27,843 bases of DNA from Microcoleaceae cyanobacterium (GTDB taxonomy: Bacteria > Cyanobacteriota > Cyanobacteriia > Cyanobacteriales > Microcoleaceae): contig JBOFUV010000033.1 in NCBI GenBank assembly GCA_051652765.1, forward strand, positions 1-27,843, read 5' to 3'. The notes beneath the pieces are model-generated. The model did no database searches. It saw only the letters and a list, made by a program, of their open reading frames with translations, and was not told where the DNA came from. The translations under genes and the position numbers were made by a program. This document shows, one piece after another, positions 16,872-26,469 of this stretch (position 1 is the stretch's first letter; every line of letters begins with the position of its first letter).

Positions 16872-19619
16872 ATGAATTCGCTTCATACTGCTTTATGTCC
16901 AGTCTATTCTACTTTACTCCTGAGTTGTTTCTTATCAGGATGGATTCTTCCTCAAGGTACAGTTCAGGCTCTTACGGCTCAAGGAGCCCTCGTCCTTGCA
17001 GCAACCGAGGACAGCCCTGCCCAAGCTGTGTTTAACATTGGGATGAAACGGTATCAGGAAGGAACAGCAGCATCCTTGAAAGCAGCCATTGCCCATTGGA
17101 GCGAGGCCCTAACACTTTGGCAACGGCAGCCCGATCGTCCCCAAGAAATCACAGCACTCAACTGGTTAGGGCTGGCCTATACCGACCTGGGAGAATACGA
17201 ACAAGCCATTTCCCTCTACAAAAAGCTTTTGCCCCTGACTCAAGCTACCCAAGATCAACATACTCAAGCGAGTACCCTGATGGCTATGGCCAAGGTCTAC
17301 ACCCGACAGGGTCAGTATCAACAAGCCTTAGATGCCCTAAATCAAGCCCTGCCCCTCTGGCAAGCAGTCAGTTATAAAACGGGAGAAGCGGCCACTTTGA
17401 ACAATTTGGGCTTGCTTTACCTGGATTTGGGAGACTTGGATCAGGCATTGGAGCGGTACACCCGTTCCCTGGAGTTGGTAAAGACCTTGGGCAATCCCAG
17501 TAACGAGGCTGCTACTTTAAATAACCGAGGGCAAGTCTTTTCTGAACGGGGAGAACTGGAAACAGCCCTGCAAGACTATAACCAAGCCTTGAGGTTATGG
17601 AATCAAGTTCAGAATAAACGGGGACAGGCGGCAACTTTAAATAATATTGGGTTTATCAGTGCGAGCTCCGGTAACCTGGATCAAGCCTTGGCACACTATC
17701 AACAAGCCCTAACCCTATGGCAAGAAATCGGCGATCGCTCTGGGGAAGCCAGCACCTTAAACAACATTTGTGTGGTGAATACCCAACAGGGCAATCTAGA
17801 CCCAGCCCTAGAGTTTTGCAATCAAGCCCTGGAAATTCGGCAAGCCATCGGCGATCGCCCCAAGGCCACCTTGAGTTTGTTCCGCATCGCCCAAATTCAA
17901 CGGCAGCAGGGAGCGTTGGACACAGCCTTAACCACCATTGAGCAGGCATTGACGATGATTGAAACCCTCAGAACCAATGTCGCCAGTCAAGAGCTACGCA
18001 CGTCCTTTTTTGCCACTAAACAGGAGTATTACGAATTTTATATTGACCTGTTGATGGAGCTAAATCAAAAGCGTCCCGGCCAGGGGTATGACGGTAAAGC
18101 TTTGCAAGCCAGTGAGCGAGCCAAGGCGCGATCGCTGCTGGAAATCCTGACCCAGTCAGACGGAGAGGTGACTGCAGGAATTGATCCGAAACTCTTGCAG
18201 CAACAACAAGGGTTACGACATCAACTGGATGCTGCCGAGGAACGGCGAATCCGGCTCCTGAATGGAGAGCACACCGAAGCCCAGAAAGCCGATCTGGAAA
18301 CTGAAGTGGCAATTTTATTAGATCAGTTTGGCCAACTGCAAACCCAAATTCGCGTTACCAGCCCCCGTTATGGAGCCTTGACCCAGCCCCAACCCCTGAC
18401 CTTGACTGAAATTCAGCAGCAGATCTTGGATGATGATACTGTGCTGTTGGAATATGCTTTAGGGGAGACCCGCAGCTATCTTTGGGTAGCCACCTCGACC
18501 ACCCTGGATAGCTATGAACTATCAGGGCGCAAAGAGATTGAGGCTGCCGTTCGCAAATTTCGCAATGCTTTCCTACTGTCCAACCAGAGGGTTCGACGGA
18601 AAGCCGCTGAGGAAGCAGGCATGGCCCTCAGTCAGCTCATCCTACCCCAACCCGAAAAATTAACTAACAAGCGGCTGTTGGTGGTTGCGGATGGGGCTGT
18701 GCAGTATGTTCCCTTTGCCGCCCTGCCCACGCCACAGGCTCAATCTCCGGATCAACCCCTAACCCCCCTCGTTGTGCATCACGAGATTGTTACCCTACCC
18801 TCGGCTTCCACTTTGGAGGTTTTGCGAAAACAGATGGCAGGGCGATCGCCTGCTCCCAAGACCCTGGCCGTGTTGGCTGATCCAGTATTTAGCTCCAAAG
18901 ATGAACGGTTAAAAACCATCTCCCCAGAAGACTTACAACCCCTACCCCCGGAGTTGGAACGGTCAGCCCGAGAGTCTGGGGTCTTGTTTGACCGTTTACC
19001 TTTTACCCAGCAAGAAGCAGAACAAATTTTGGCCCTGGTTCCCCCAACAGAATCCACCCAAGGATTTGGCTTTGAGGCTCGCCGAGAATTCGTCACTGGT
19101 GTAGAACTCAGTCAATATCGTTTGCTACATTTTGCCACCCATGGTCTACTCAATAGCGAAACCCCTGAATTGTCAGGACTGGTTTTTTCCTTGGTCGATG
19201 AATCTGGCGAACCCTTGAATGGGTTCCTGCGACTGTATGAGATTTTCAACCTGGATTTATCGGCAGAGTTGGCAGTGTTGAGTGCCTGTGAAACAGGACT
19301 AGGAGAAGCGGTCAGAGGGGAGGGATTAGTTGGTTTAACCCGGGGATTTATGTATGCTGGAGCCTCTAGAGTGATGGTCAGTTTATGGGCCGTTGATGAT
19401 CAGGCTACGGCCCAGTTAATGATTAAGTTTTATCAACGGATGTTGCAACAAGGTCTTGCCCCAGCCGCTGCATTGAGAGCTGCCCAAATTGAAATGTGGC
19501 AACAAAAAGAGTGGAATTCCCCCTACTTTTGGGCTGCTTTCACGTTGCAGGGAGAATGGCGCAACTATGAAGTTCAACCCCCGACGCAGCCAAGCCCTGC
19601 ATCTTCAACCCCTCTTTAA
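16872..19619 (+). CDS. TPR-repeat + CHAT-domain (caspase-like) protein
   Basis: Signal-like N-terminus, repeated xAATLNNxG TPR units, [10 protein letters not shown], the dyad motifs LHFATHG and VLSACETG, and [14 protein letters not shown]. Confidence 0.95.
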   Translation: MNSLHTALCPVYSTLLLSCFLSGWILPQGTVQALTAQGALVLAATEDSPAQAVFNIGMKRYQEGTAASLKAAIAHWSEALTLWQRQPDRPQEITALNWLGLAYTDLGEYEQAISLYKKLLPLTQATQDQHTQASTLMAMAKVYTRQGQYQQALDALNQALPLWQAVSYKTGEAATLNNLGLLYLDLGDLDQALERYTRSLELVKTLGNPSNEAATLNNRGQVFSERGELETALQDYNQALRLWNQVQNKRGQAATLNNIGFISASSGNLDQALAHYQQALTLWQEIGDRSGEASTLNNICVVNTQQGNLDPALEFCNQALEIRQAIGDRPKATLSLFRIAQIQRQQGALDTALTTIEQALTMIETLRTNVASQELRTSFFATKQEYYEFYIDLLMELNQKRPGQGYDGKALQASERAKARSLLEILTQSDGEVTAGIDPKLLQQQQGLRHQLDAAEERRIRLLNGEHTEAQKADLETEVAILLDQFGQLQTQIRVTSPRYGALTQPQPLTLTEIQQQILDDDTVLLEYALGETRSYLWVATSTTLDSYELSGRKEIEAAVRKFRNAFLLSNQRVRRKAAEEAGMALSQLILPQPEKLTNKRLLVVADGAVQYVPFAALPTPQAQSPDQPLTPLVVHHEIVTLPSASTLEVLRKQMAGRSPAPKTLAVLADPVFSSKDERLKTISPEDLQPLPPELERSARESGVLFDRLPFTQQEAEQILALVPPTESTQGFGFEARREFVTGVELSQYRLLHFATHGLLNSETPELSGLVFSLVDESGEPLNGFLRLYEIFNLDLSAELAVLSACETGLGEAVRGEGLVGLTRGFMYAGASRVMVSLWAVDDQATAQLMIKFYQRMLQQGLAPAAALRAAQIEMWQQKEWNSPYFWAAFTLQGEWRNYEVQPPTQPSPASSTPL

Positions 19620-19634
19620 TCAGATATCTTTCCC

Positions 19635-21503
19635 ATGAAATGTAAACCTCAAATTCTTTTTCTGACCCAAGATTCCCAATACCAACTTGAGTTAGAAACT
19701 GCTCTAAACACCTTAGGATATGAGATGATTTCTCTTCCTATTCAGGATTCCATTGCTATCCTTAATCAGTTATATCCCAATCAAATTGTGGTGTCACAAT
19801 ATGGTTTTCAAGCAAAGAAAACATCTCTTTCTTCTGGCTCAAAAAATACTAGAGATCACAATACAATCGCTGAAATTTTTAAGATGGTTCAAGCTGATAT
19901 AATAATAATTGATTTGCCGAATTCAATTGATTGCGAGTCCTCTCTTTATGACCTTCACCTTGAGGATCATCTCAGTCTTCCTGTCATTTATCTGGTTGAT
20001 TTTCTCAAGATCAATCCACTTTATTTGCCTCAGTTGAAAGACTCTTGTTTGTATCTCAGTCAACCCATTCACTCAAGAGAATTGGATTTAGCAATTCAAT
20101 TGATCCAGCAACAACAAAAAGTCAAAGCTCTACAGATAAACGAGGATCGCTTTCGCAGCATTATTGAAACGATCAATGAGATTATTTGGGAAGTGGACTG
20201 CAACTTGGTTTTTACCTATATTAGCCCTAGAATCAAAGACATTCTTGGCTATGAACCGACAGAAGCAGTCGGTCAATATTGTCTAGATTTATTAGTGCCA
20301 AAACGACAAGAAGATATTGCGGCACTGATTACGACATTCTTGGAGATGAAGCAGCCGATTGCTAGTCTAGAACATCTTTGTGTTCACAAAGAAAATCATT
20401 ACCTCCTGGTAGAAACGAGCGCCATTCCAATGTTTGATTACACAGGAGAATTTCAAGGTTATCGAGGAACTACACGAGATATTACTGAGCGTCAACGGAT
20501 TCAAGAAGCCCTCTTGAGAAGTGCTGCAACTAATCGAGCCTTAATCAATGCAATTCCTGACTTGATTTTGCGAATTGATCGAGAGGGAACTTTTGTCAAC
20601 TATAAAGCAGCAAGCCACCAAAATTTACAATTTCTACCCGAGGATTTCTTAGGTAAAAAAGTTGCTGAAGTATTACCCTTGGAGCTAACAGAGCCGACCT
20701 TAAAAGCAGTTGCAGCGGCCTTGAAAACAGGACAGCTACAAACATTTGAATATCAACTCATGATCAACGGCGAACTAAAATTTTGGGAATCTCGAATTTT
20801 CATGAGTGCTGATGAAGAGGTAATGGTGTTGGTTCGAGATATTAGCGATCGCAAACAAGTAGAAGAAGAGTTGAGAACCTCTTTACTGGAGAAAGAGTTA
20901 TTGGTGCGAGAGGTTCATCATCGAGTCAAAAATAATTTACAAGTGATTTCTAGTATTTTCTCTCTCCAATCTCAAACAACAGATGATCCTGAACTCCTAA
21001 GTGTTTTAGATGAGAGTCAAGATAGAATTCGGTCAATGGCATTAATTCATGAGCAGTTGTATCAATCGAATAGCTTGGCTAGAATCAATTTTGAAGAGTA
21101 TATTAAAAGCTTGACTCAAAATTTACGATATTCCTATAATACCAAATTTAAAACGATGAGTTTTCAGCTAGAAATTGAACCCATTGTTCTAAACCTTGAT
21201 ACGGCTATTCCCTGTGGATTGTTGATTAACGAGTTGGTTTCTAACGCTCTGAAACATGGATTTCTACCCAGACAAAGTGGTGAAATCGGAATTAAACTTT
21301 TCACCATAGACTCAGAGAAAAACAAACTTTGCTTGGTAGTTCAGGATAATGGTATGGGTTTGCCAAAACAATTTGATATTAACTGTACTTCTTCCCTGGG
21401 ATTGCGGCTAGTCCGAGCCCTGACCCGACAATTAAAAGGGGAGTTAGAAATGTATAATCAAAATGGTGCGGTCTTCAAAATTACATTCTTTAAGCTAGAT
21501 TGA
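19635..21503 (+). CDS. Sensor histidine kinase: pseudo-receiver, 2 PAS, HisKA_2, HATPase
   Basis: Two PAS/PAC units ending in RDITER and RDISDR, H-box EVHHRVKNNLQ, NELVSNALKH, DNGMG and SLGLRLV. Confidence 0.95.
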   Translation: MKCKPQILFLTQDSQYQLELETALNTLGYEMISLPIQDSIAILNQLYPNQIVVSQYGFQAKKTSLSSGSKNTRDHNTIAEIFKMVQADIIIIDLPNSIDCESSLYDLHLEDHLSLPVIYLVDFLKINPLYLPQLKDSCLYLSQPIHSRELDLAIQLIQQQQKVKALQINEDRFRSIIETINEIIWEVDCNLVFTYISPRIKDILGYEPTEAVGQYCLDLLVPKRQEDIAALITTFLEMKQPIASLEHLCVHKENHYLLVETSAIPMFDYTGEFQGYRGTTRDITERQRIQEALLRSAATNRALINAIPDLILRIDREGTFVNYKAASHQNLQFLPEDFLGKKVAEVLPLELTEPTLKAVAAALKTGQLQTFEYQLMINGELKFWESRIFMSADEEVMVLVRDISDRKQVEEELRTSLLEKELLVREVHHRVKNNLQVISSIFSLQSQTTDDPELLSVLDESQDRIRSMALIHEQLYQSNSLARINFEEYIKSLTQNLRYSYNTKFKTMSFQLEIEPIVLNLDTAIPCGLLINELVSNALKHGFLPRQSGEIGIKLFTIDSEKNKLCLVVQDNGMGLPKQFDINCTSSLGLRLVRALTRQLKGELEMYNQNGAVFKITFFKLD

Positions 21504-21524
21504 CTTCTTGGGAATCATGGAATA

Positions 21525-22685
21525 ATGTCAAACATTAGAATTTTGGTGGTTGAAGACGAAGCGATTGTTGCTGAGGATATTGCTGGTCGCCTTGAAAAGA
21601 TGGGCTATCAGGTCGCAGGGATTGTTGCGTCTGGCGAGGAAGCCATTCGACTGGCAGCTCAATTCTCCCCAGATTTGGTGTTAATGGATATTATTTTACA
21701 GGGAGAAATTGATGGGATTGAAGCGGCCCAACAGGTTCGAAAACAGCTTAATATTCCAGTTGTCTATCTGACTGCAAATGCTGATGATATTACCCTCAAG
21801 CGAGTGGGTCAGACTTCTCCATTTGGATATTTACTCAAACCCTTCAAAAGTAAAGAACTTCAAGTTGCAATTGAGATTGCCTTGTCTCGTCATCAAGCCG
21901 AAGTAGACTTGCAAAAAATGATAGACACCGCTCAACACCTCCGCCAAGAAGCAGAAGCAAGAAATCACCTCAAATCCCAATACGTTTCTATGGCTTCCCA
22001 TGATTTACGCACGCCAATTTCAATTATTAAAATGTCTGCTCACCTACTGGAATGTGATAGTGACTTAATTTCCCACGAAAAACGACAACGGTACTTCCAA
22101 CGGATCTACAAAGCAACTGATAATTTGACTCAACTTTTAGAAGATGTCTTAACCCTTGCCCAAGCAGAGTCGAGTGAGACTGAGGTGTATCGATCGCCCT
22201 TAGATGTTGTGAGTTTCTGTCGAGATTTGATTGAGGCGATGCAGTCGAGTGCAGGAGACTGTTATCGTCTTGAGTTTGCCTGTCAGCAGAATGCGATTGA
22301 GGCCAATTTAGATGAAAAGTTGTTCTGGCATCTCTTGAACAACTTGCTAACGAACGCCATCAAATATTCTCCTGATAATAGTAAAGTTCGCATCGAACTC
22401 TCTACCCAAGATCAATGGCTAGAGTTGCGGGTTCAAGATCAAGGAATCGGCATTACCCCCGAAGAACAAACTCAACTGTTTCAGCCCTTTTATCGCGCAA
22501 AAAATGTGGGTAAAATTCCAGGTACAGGTTTGGGATTGGCGATCGCCCAACGAGCAGTAGACTTACATCACGGTAAAATTGAAATAGAAAGTCAACTGAA
22601 TCAAGGCACAACTTTTATTGTAACTCTGCCTTTAGATTTTAATCAAAGCTCTAATGAACTTCTGAAAGATAAAGTTTCAGAATGA
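21525..22685 (+). CDS. Hybrid response regulator/histidine kinase (REC-HisKA-HATPase)
   Basis: REC motifs ILVVEDE, DLVLMDI and YLLKPF. H-box ASHDLRTP, plus NLLTNAIKYS, DQGIGI and GTGLGL. Confidence 0.95.
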   Translation: MSNIRILVVEDEAIVAEDIAGRLEKMGYQVAGIVASGEEAIRLAAQFSPDLVLMDIILQGEIDGIEAAQQVRKQLNIPVVYLTANADDITLKRVGQTSPFGYLLKPFKSKELQVAIEIALSRHQAEVDLQKMIDTAQHLRQEAEARNHLKSQYVSMASHDLRTPISIIKMSAHLLECDSDLISHEKRQRYFQRIYKATDNLTQLLEDVLTLAQAESSETEVYRSPLDVVSFCRDLIEAMQSSAGDCYRLEFACQQNAIEANLDEKLFWHLLNNLLTNAIKYSPDNSKVRIELSTQDQWLELRVQDQGIGITPEEQTQLFQPFYRAKNVGKIPGTGLGLAIAQRAVDLHHGKIEIESQLNQGTTFIVTLPLDFNQSSNELLKDKVSE

Positions 22686-22802
22686 AGTTTAACAGGAGTT
22701 TGAAAATAGGTTAAGGAAGACCAGAAATTTGCTAGAAGTCTGAGTTCTGGTATACCTTATATCTTGTCTTTACTAATGTAATCTCTTCAGAGTTCCCAAT
22801 AT

Positions 22803-22860
22803 ATCGCGATCTGATTTGAAGTCTGAATACAGGCTTTCACCAATTATTTGAGATTGCGAT
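22803..22860. repeat. Imperfect inverted repeat (MITE-like remnant)
   Basis: ATCGCGATCT ... AGATTGCGAT (9/10 match), similar to the GCAATC/GATTGC-type ends at 5374 and 9273-9358. Confidence 0.35.
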
Positions 22861-22973
22861 CGGTCTCTCCGCTTTGGGATAAATGTCTGTCATATAAAAG
22901 TCTCATTGCTTTTTTGGGGGATGTCTACACTGTAAGAGATTTCTAAAGTGCTGAGCAAATAGAGGAGTTAAAC

Positions 22974-23768
22974 ATGTTAATTAATCTGATTGCTGACTAC
23001 GGAACAGGTGATCCTGCTTTTACTGAAGTCATCCAACGTCTGTTGCAACAGTTGCCTTCTGCTCAAGTCCACTGTCTTTCTGTACCTCCGTTTAGTACTC
23101 TGGCAACTGGGTTCTGGATTGCTCAGTTGGGACTGAATCCAGGGCCAGAAGAACGATTGATTTATCACAACTGTGCCCCTCGTCAGGATGATCCCGATGC
23201 TCGTCCCAATAACGAAGGAGAGGGCCTAACCTACGTCTTGTTGCCCAACGGCGTTCAGGTGGTGGGGGTGTTGGCAGGTTATAGTCTTTCCTTTGTCAAG
23301 GAGATGGCGAAGTCAATGCATACCGTTCGAGTGTCACGGGGGGGTTCCCAATTTCGCTCCCGTGATGTGTTTCCTCAAGCAGCGATCGCTCTGGCAAAAG
23401 GCGATCAAAGTTTCCTCGGAGACAGAATTCAACCCGAACAAATTCCTGACTTTCCCACCGATCGAGTGGCCTGGGTAGACGGCTACGGCAATATCAAAAC
23501 CACAATTCCAGCAGATACGATTGACCTAAAGCCAGAGACCAAAGTGACGGTTCGGGTGGGAGATGTGGTGAGTGATGCCGTGTATTCTGATGGCAGCTTC
23601 CGGGTTCCTGAAGGAACTCTAGCCTTTTCAGCCGGAAGTTCTGGTTGGCATCTGACAGACGGAATACAGGAAGTGCGCTGGATGGAATTATTTCTCCGGG
23701 GTGGGAGTGCCTGGAAACGATTTGGCAAGCCTCGCATCAACCAATCAATCAAGTATCAGCCGATTTGA
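22974..23768 (+). CDS. SAM hydroxide adenosyltransferase / halogenase fold (DUF62) family protein, divergent
   Basis: LIADYGTGD, VPPFS, SQFRSRDVF and AWVDGYGNIKTTI align to DUF62-family motifs. GAGGAG SD upstream. Confidence 0.82.
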   Translation: MLINLIADYGTGDPAFTEVIQRLLQQLPSAQVHCLSVPPFSTLATGFWIAQLGLNPGPEERLIYHNCAPRQDDPDARPNNEGEGLTYVLLPNGVQVVGVLAGYSLSFVKEMAKSMHTVRVSRGGSQFRSRDVFPQAAIALAKGDQSFLGDRIQPEQIPDFPTDRVAWVDGYGNIKTTIPADTIDLKPETKVTVRVGDVVSDAVYSDGSFRVPEGTLAFSAGSSGWHLTDGIQEVRWMELFLRGGSAWKRFGKPRINQSIKYQPI

Positions 23769-24066
23769 TCACACCGCGCCGTTCTGCTAGTTTTTGATAA
23801 ACGGCTTGCAAATCAACATGATGATAGGCTAAAGCAACTAGAGTGTGATAAAACAAATCTGCCACCTCTGCAGCAATGCTATCTGGATCATCATCTTTGC
23901 AAGCCATCACAACTTCAGTAGACTCCTCTCCAAGCTTTTTCAGAATTTTATTATCGCCACCCTGAAATAATTTACAGGTGTAGGATTCTGGCTGGGGATA
24001 ATCACGGCGATCGCAGATCGTTGCGAACAATTCTGAAAGGGTATTGTCAGGTTGGTGTTCCGGCAT
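23749..24066 (-). CDS. hisE: Phosphoribosyl-ATP pyrophosphohydrolase, stand-alone
   Basis: SYTCKLF, KILKKLGEESTEVVMA, EVADLFYHTLV and LAERR motifs. Confidence 0.93.
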   Translation of the reverse strand: MPEHQPDNTLSELFATICDRRDYPQPESYTCKLFQGGDNKILKKLGEESTEVVMACKDDDPDSIAAEVADLFYHTLVALAYHHVDLQAVYQKLAERRGVIKSADT

Positions 24067-24165
24067 CTTGCTCTAGTATGGTTCTGTTTGACTACCCCGA
24101 ATAGTATCAATGGACTTGCCATTACTTCAAGTCCAAGAGTGTTTTAGACGTTCTTACGCTTAGCT

Positions 24166-24188
24166 GTAGGTACGCGGCGCGTGCCCAC
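24166..24188. repeat. GTAG-type REP-like hairpin
   Basis: GTAGGTACGC-GGC-GCGTGCCCAC, an imperfect palindrome beginning with GTAG. Confidence 0.45.
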
Positions 24189-24244
24189 AATAGCGATAGA
24201 ACCCTGCAATACTCAGGTCTAAACTTAGGAACCGGGAGGCATTG

Positions 24245-26326
24245 ATGGCTTTAAATCTCTACGTGACGACACTTGAGTCGGGCAGTGGTCAATCCTTGAT
24301 CTTGTTGGGGGTGATGGAAATCTTATCCAAGCGCATCAGCAAACTCGGATTCTTTCGTCCGATCATTCAAGGTCAGAAAGACCCGGATATTCAACTGATT
24401 CAGAGTCGTTATCAACTGACCTCGTCCGATAAAGCCCAATGTGGTCTAACCCATGAGGACGTTCAACGCCTGATCGTTGAGGGCAAGTCCAATAGCCTGA
24501 GCCAACGCATCCTAGAAAAATATAAAGCCTTAGAACAACAGTGTGATTTTGTGTTGTGCGAGGGAACCAATTCTGAACATGGGACCGCCGCCTTTGAGTT
24601 TGATTTTAATGCCCGCATTGCCAATGAACTCAGTGCGCCGCTTTTGATCGTAGCCAGTGGTCAAGGCAAAACTCCTGAAGAGGTAATCGATACCGCACGG
24701 GCAGGGCGAGAAGCGTTTCTCGAGGAAGGATGTACGATTGCTGCCACCCTAATCAACCGCGTCAACCCGTTAGATTTAGACTTAATCCGCCAACAGCTAG
24801 AGACCATTTGGCCAGACGAAGATCCGATCTTTGTGATTCCTGATGATGAACGTCTATGGAACCCAACCATTCGCGAAATTGCCCAAGAACTTCAAGCCAA
24901 GCTGATTCATGGCAATGGAGATAGTCTCAGCCGTGAGGTGCGGGACTTCAAGGTGGCAGCGATGCAATTGCCGCACTTTTTGGAACATATTGAGGACGGG
25001 AGTTTAGTCATTACCCCCGGCGATCGCGCTGATATTTTGCTAGCGTGTTTAACGGCAACCCTATCAGAAGCCTATCCCAACATTGCTGGCATTCTCCTGA
25101 CTGGAGGCTTAGACCTTGATCCCAGTGTCCAACGATTGGTCGAGGGATTTACCCAGTGGACTGTTCCTATTTTCAGTGTGGGCACAGATACCTATGCTAC
25201 TGCGACCCAGGTCAGTCGGGTGCGGGCAGCGATTACCGCAGAGACTCCCCACAAAATCGCCTCAGCCCTAGGATTATTTGAAACCCATGTTGATCAGGAG
25301 CGACTAGGGAATCGGATTTCCTCCTCTACTTCCAGTAGAATCACTCCTCTGATGTTTGAGTATGCCTTGGTTGAACGGGCCAAGAGCCAGAAAAAGCATA
25401 TTGTTTTGCCAGAGGGCACGGAGGAACGAATTCTGCGGGCCAGTGAAATTCTGCTGCGGCGAGGCATTGTTGATCTGACTCTGTTGGGGCCAGAGTTGGA
25501 AATTCGTCAGAAGAGTGCTGCTCTGGGCTTGAATCTGGAGGGTGTTACAGTCGTTAATCCCGTCAATTCAGACTGGTATGAAGACTATGTCCAAACCTAT
25601 TATGAACTTCGGAAACATAAAGGGATCAATCTGGACTATGCCTATGACGTGATGCAAGATGTCAGCTATTTCGGTACCATGATGGTCTACAAGGGAATGG
25701 CCAACGGTATGGTATCTGGGTCAGTTCACACAACAGCTCATACCATTCGTCCAGCCTTTGAGTTTATTCGAACCCAGCCCGGATGCTCGATCGTGTCTAG
25801 TGTATTTTTTATGTGTTTGAGCGATCGCGTTCTCGTTTACGGGGATTGTGCGGTGAATCCCAATCCTAATCCTCAACAACTCGCCGATATTGCGATCAGT
25901 TCAGCAGAAACGGCGAAAATCTTTGGGGTTGAACCCTTAATCGCAATGTTGTCCTATTCCACTGGGGAATCTGGCCAAGGAAAAGACGTGGACAAAGTCC
26001 GGGAAGCGACCCAAATTGCCAGGAAACAGCGCCCAGACTTAAAAATTGAAGGGCCAATCCAATACGATGCCGCCATTGATGAGAGCGTCGCTAAAACCAA
26101 GTTACCCCAGAGTGAAGTGGCAGGCCATGCAACAGTATTTATCTTTCCTGATTTGAACACAGGCAATAATACTTACAAGGCTGTACAGCGGGCTGCAAAT
26201 GCGATCGCCATTGGCCCAGTGCTCCAGGGTTTAAAGAAACCTGTTAATGATCTGAGTCGGGGGTGTACTATTCCCGATATTGTAAACACGGTGGCAATTA
26301 CAGCAATTCAAGCTCAGTCGGTATGA
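24245..26326 (+). CDS. pta: Phosphate acetyltransferase (long form with BioD-like and DRTGG domains)
   Basis: ITPGDRAD, HIVLPEGTEERIL, YGDCAVNPNP, EGPIQYDAA, FPDLNTGNNTYKAVQR and PVNDLSRG. GGAGG SD upstream. Confidence 0.97.
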   Translation: MALNLYVTTLESGSGQSLILLGVMEILSKRISKLGFFRPIIQGQKDPDIQLIQSRYQLTSSDKAQCGLTHEDVQRLIVEGKSNSLSQRILEKYKALEQQCDFVLCEGTNSEHGTAAFEFDFNARIANELSAPLLIVASGQGKTPEEVIDTARAGREAFLEEGCTIAATLINRVNPLDLDLIRQQLETIWPDEDPIFVIPDDERLWNPTIREIAQELQAKLIHGNGDSLSREVRDFKVAAMQLPHFLEHIEDGSLVITPGDRADILLACLTATLSEAYPNIAGILLTGGLDLDPSVQRLVEGFTQWTVPIFSVGTDTYATATQVSRVRAAITAETPHKIASALGLFETHVDQERLGNRISSSTSSRITPLMFEYALVERAKSQKKHIVLPEGTEERILRASEILLRRGIVDLTLLGPELEIRQKSAALGLNLEGVTVVNPVNSDWYEDYVQTYYELRKHKGINLDYAYDVMQDVSYFGTMMVYKGMANGMVSGSVHTTAHTIRPAFEFIRTQPGCSIVSSVFFMCLSDRVLVYGDCAVNPNPNPQQLADIAISSAETAKIFGVEPLIAMLSYSTGESGQGKDVDKVREATQIARKQRPDLKIEGPIQYDAAIDESVAKTKLPQSEVAGHATVFIFPDLNTGNNTYKAVQRAANAIAIGPVLQGLKKPVNDLSRGCTIPDIVNTVAITAIQAQSV

Positions 26327-26372
26327 TAGAAATTACAACTTTTAAGTTGCAGACATCCTACCTAAGAGGGTT

Positions 26373-26436
26373 GGCGTTGCTGAATGTAGAGATGAATCTG
26401 TCTGAGTTGTAAGTTTCCTCGCTATTCAGCAACGCC
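26373..26436. mobile_element. 64-bp MITE-like element with perfect 13-bp terminal inverted repeats
   Basis: GGCGTTGCTGAAT (26373-26385) / ATTCAGCAACGCC (26424-26436). The flanks GAGGGTT and GATGGTT form a 6/7 direct repeat. Confidence 0.7.
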
Positions 26437-26469
26437 GATGGTTTTTAGTTAATTTTTGATGAGTATTCT

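Noticed and set aside
17096..19096. Alternative-frame and antisense ORFs inside the TPR-CHAT gene
   Set aside because: Fully nested in a well-supported gene, with no motifs.
14373..19619. CRISPR array or type III-E Craspase system suggested by WYL plus TPR-CHAT
   Set aside because: No repeat-spacer array and no Cas7-11, Csx30/31 or other cas gene. The TPR-CHAT has an export-like N-terminus typical of the common cyanobacterial type.
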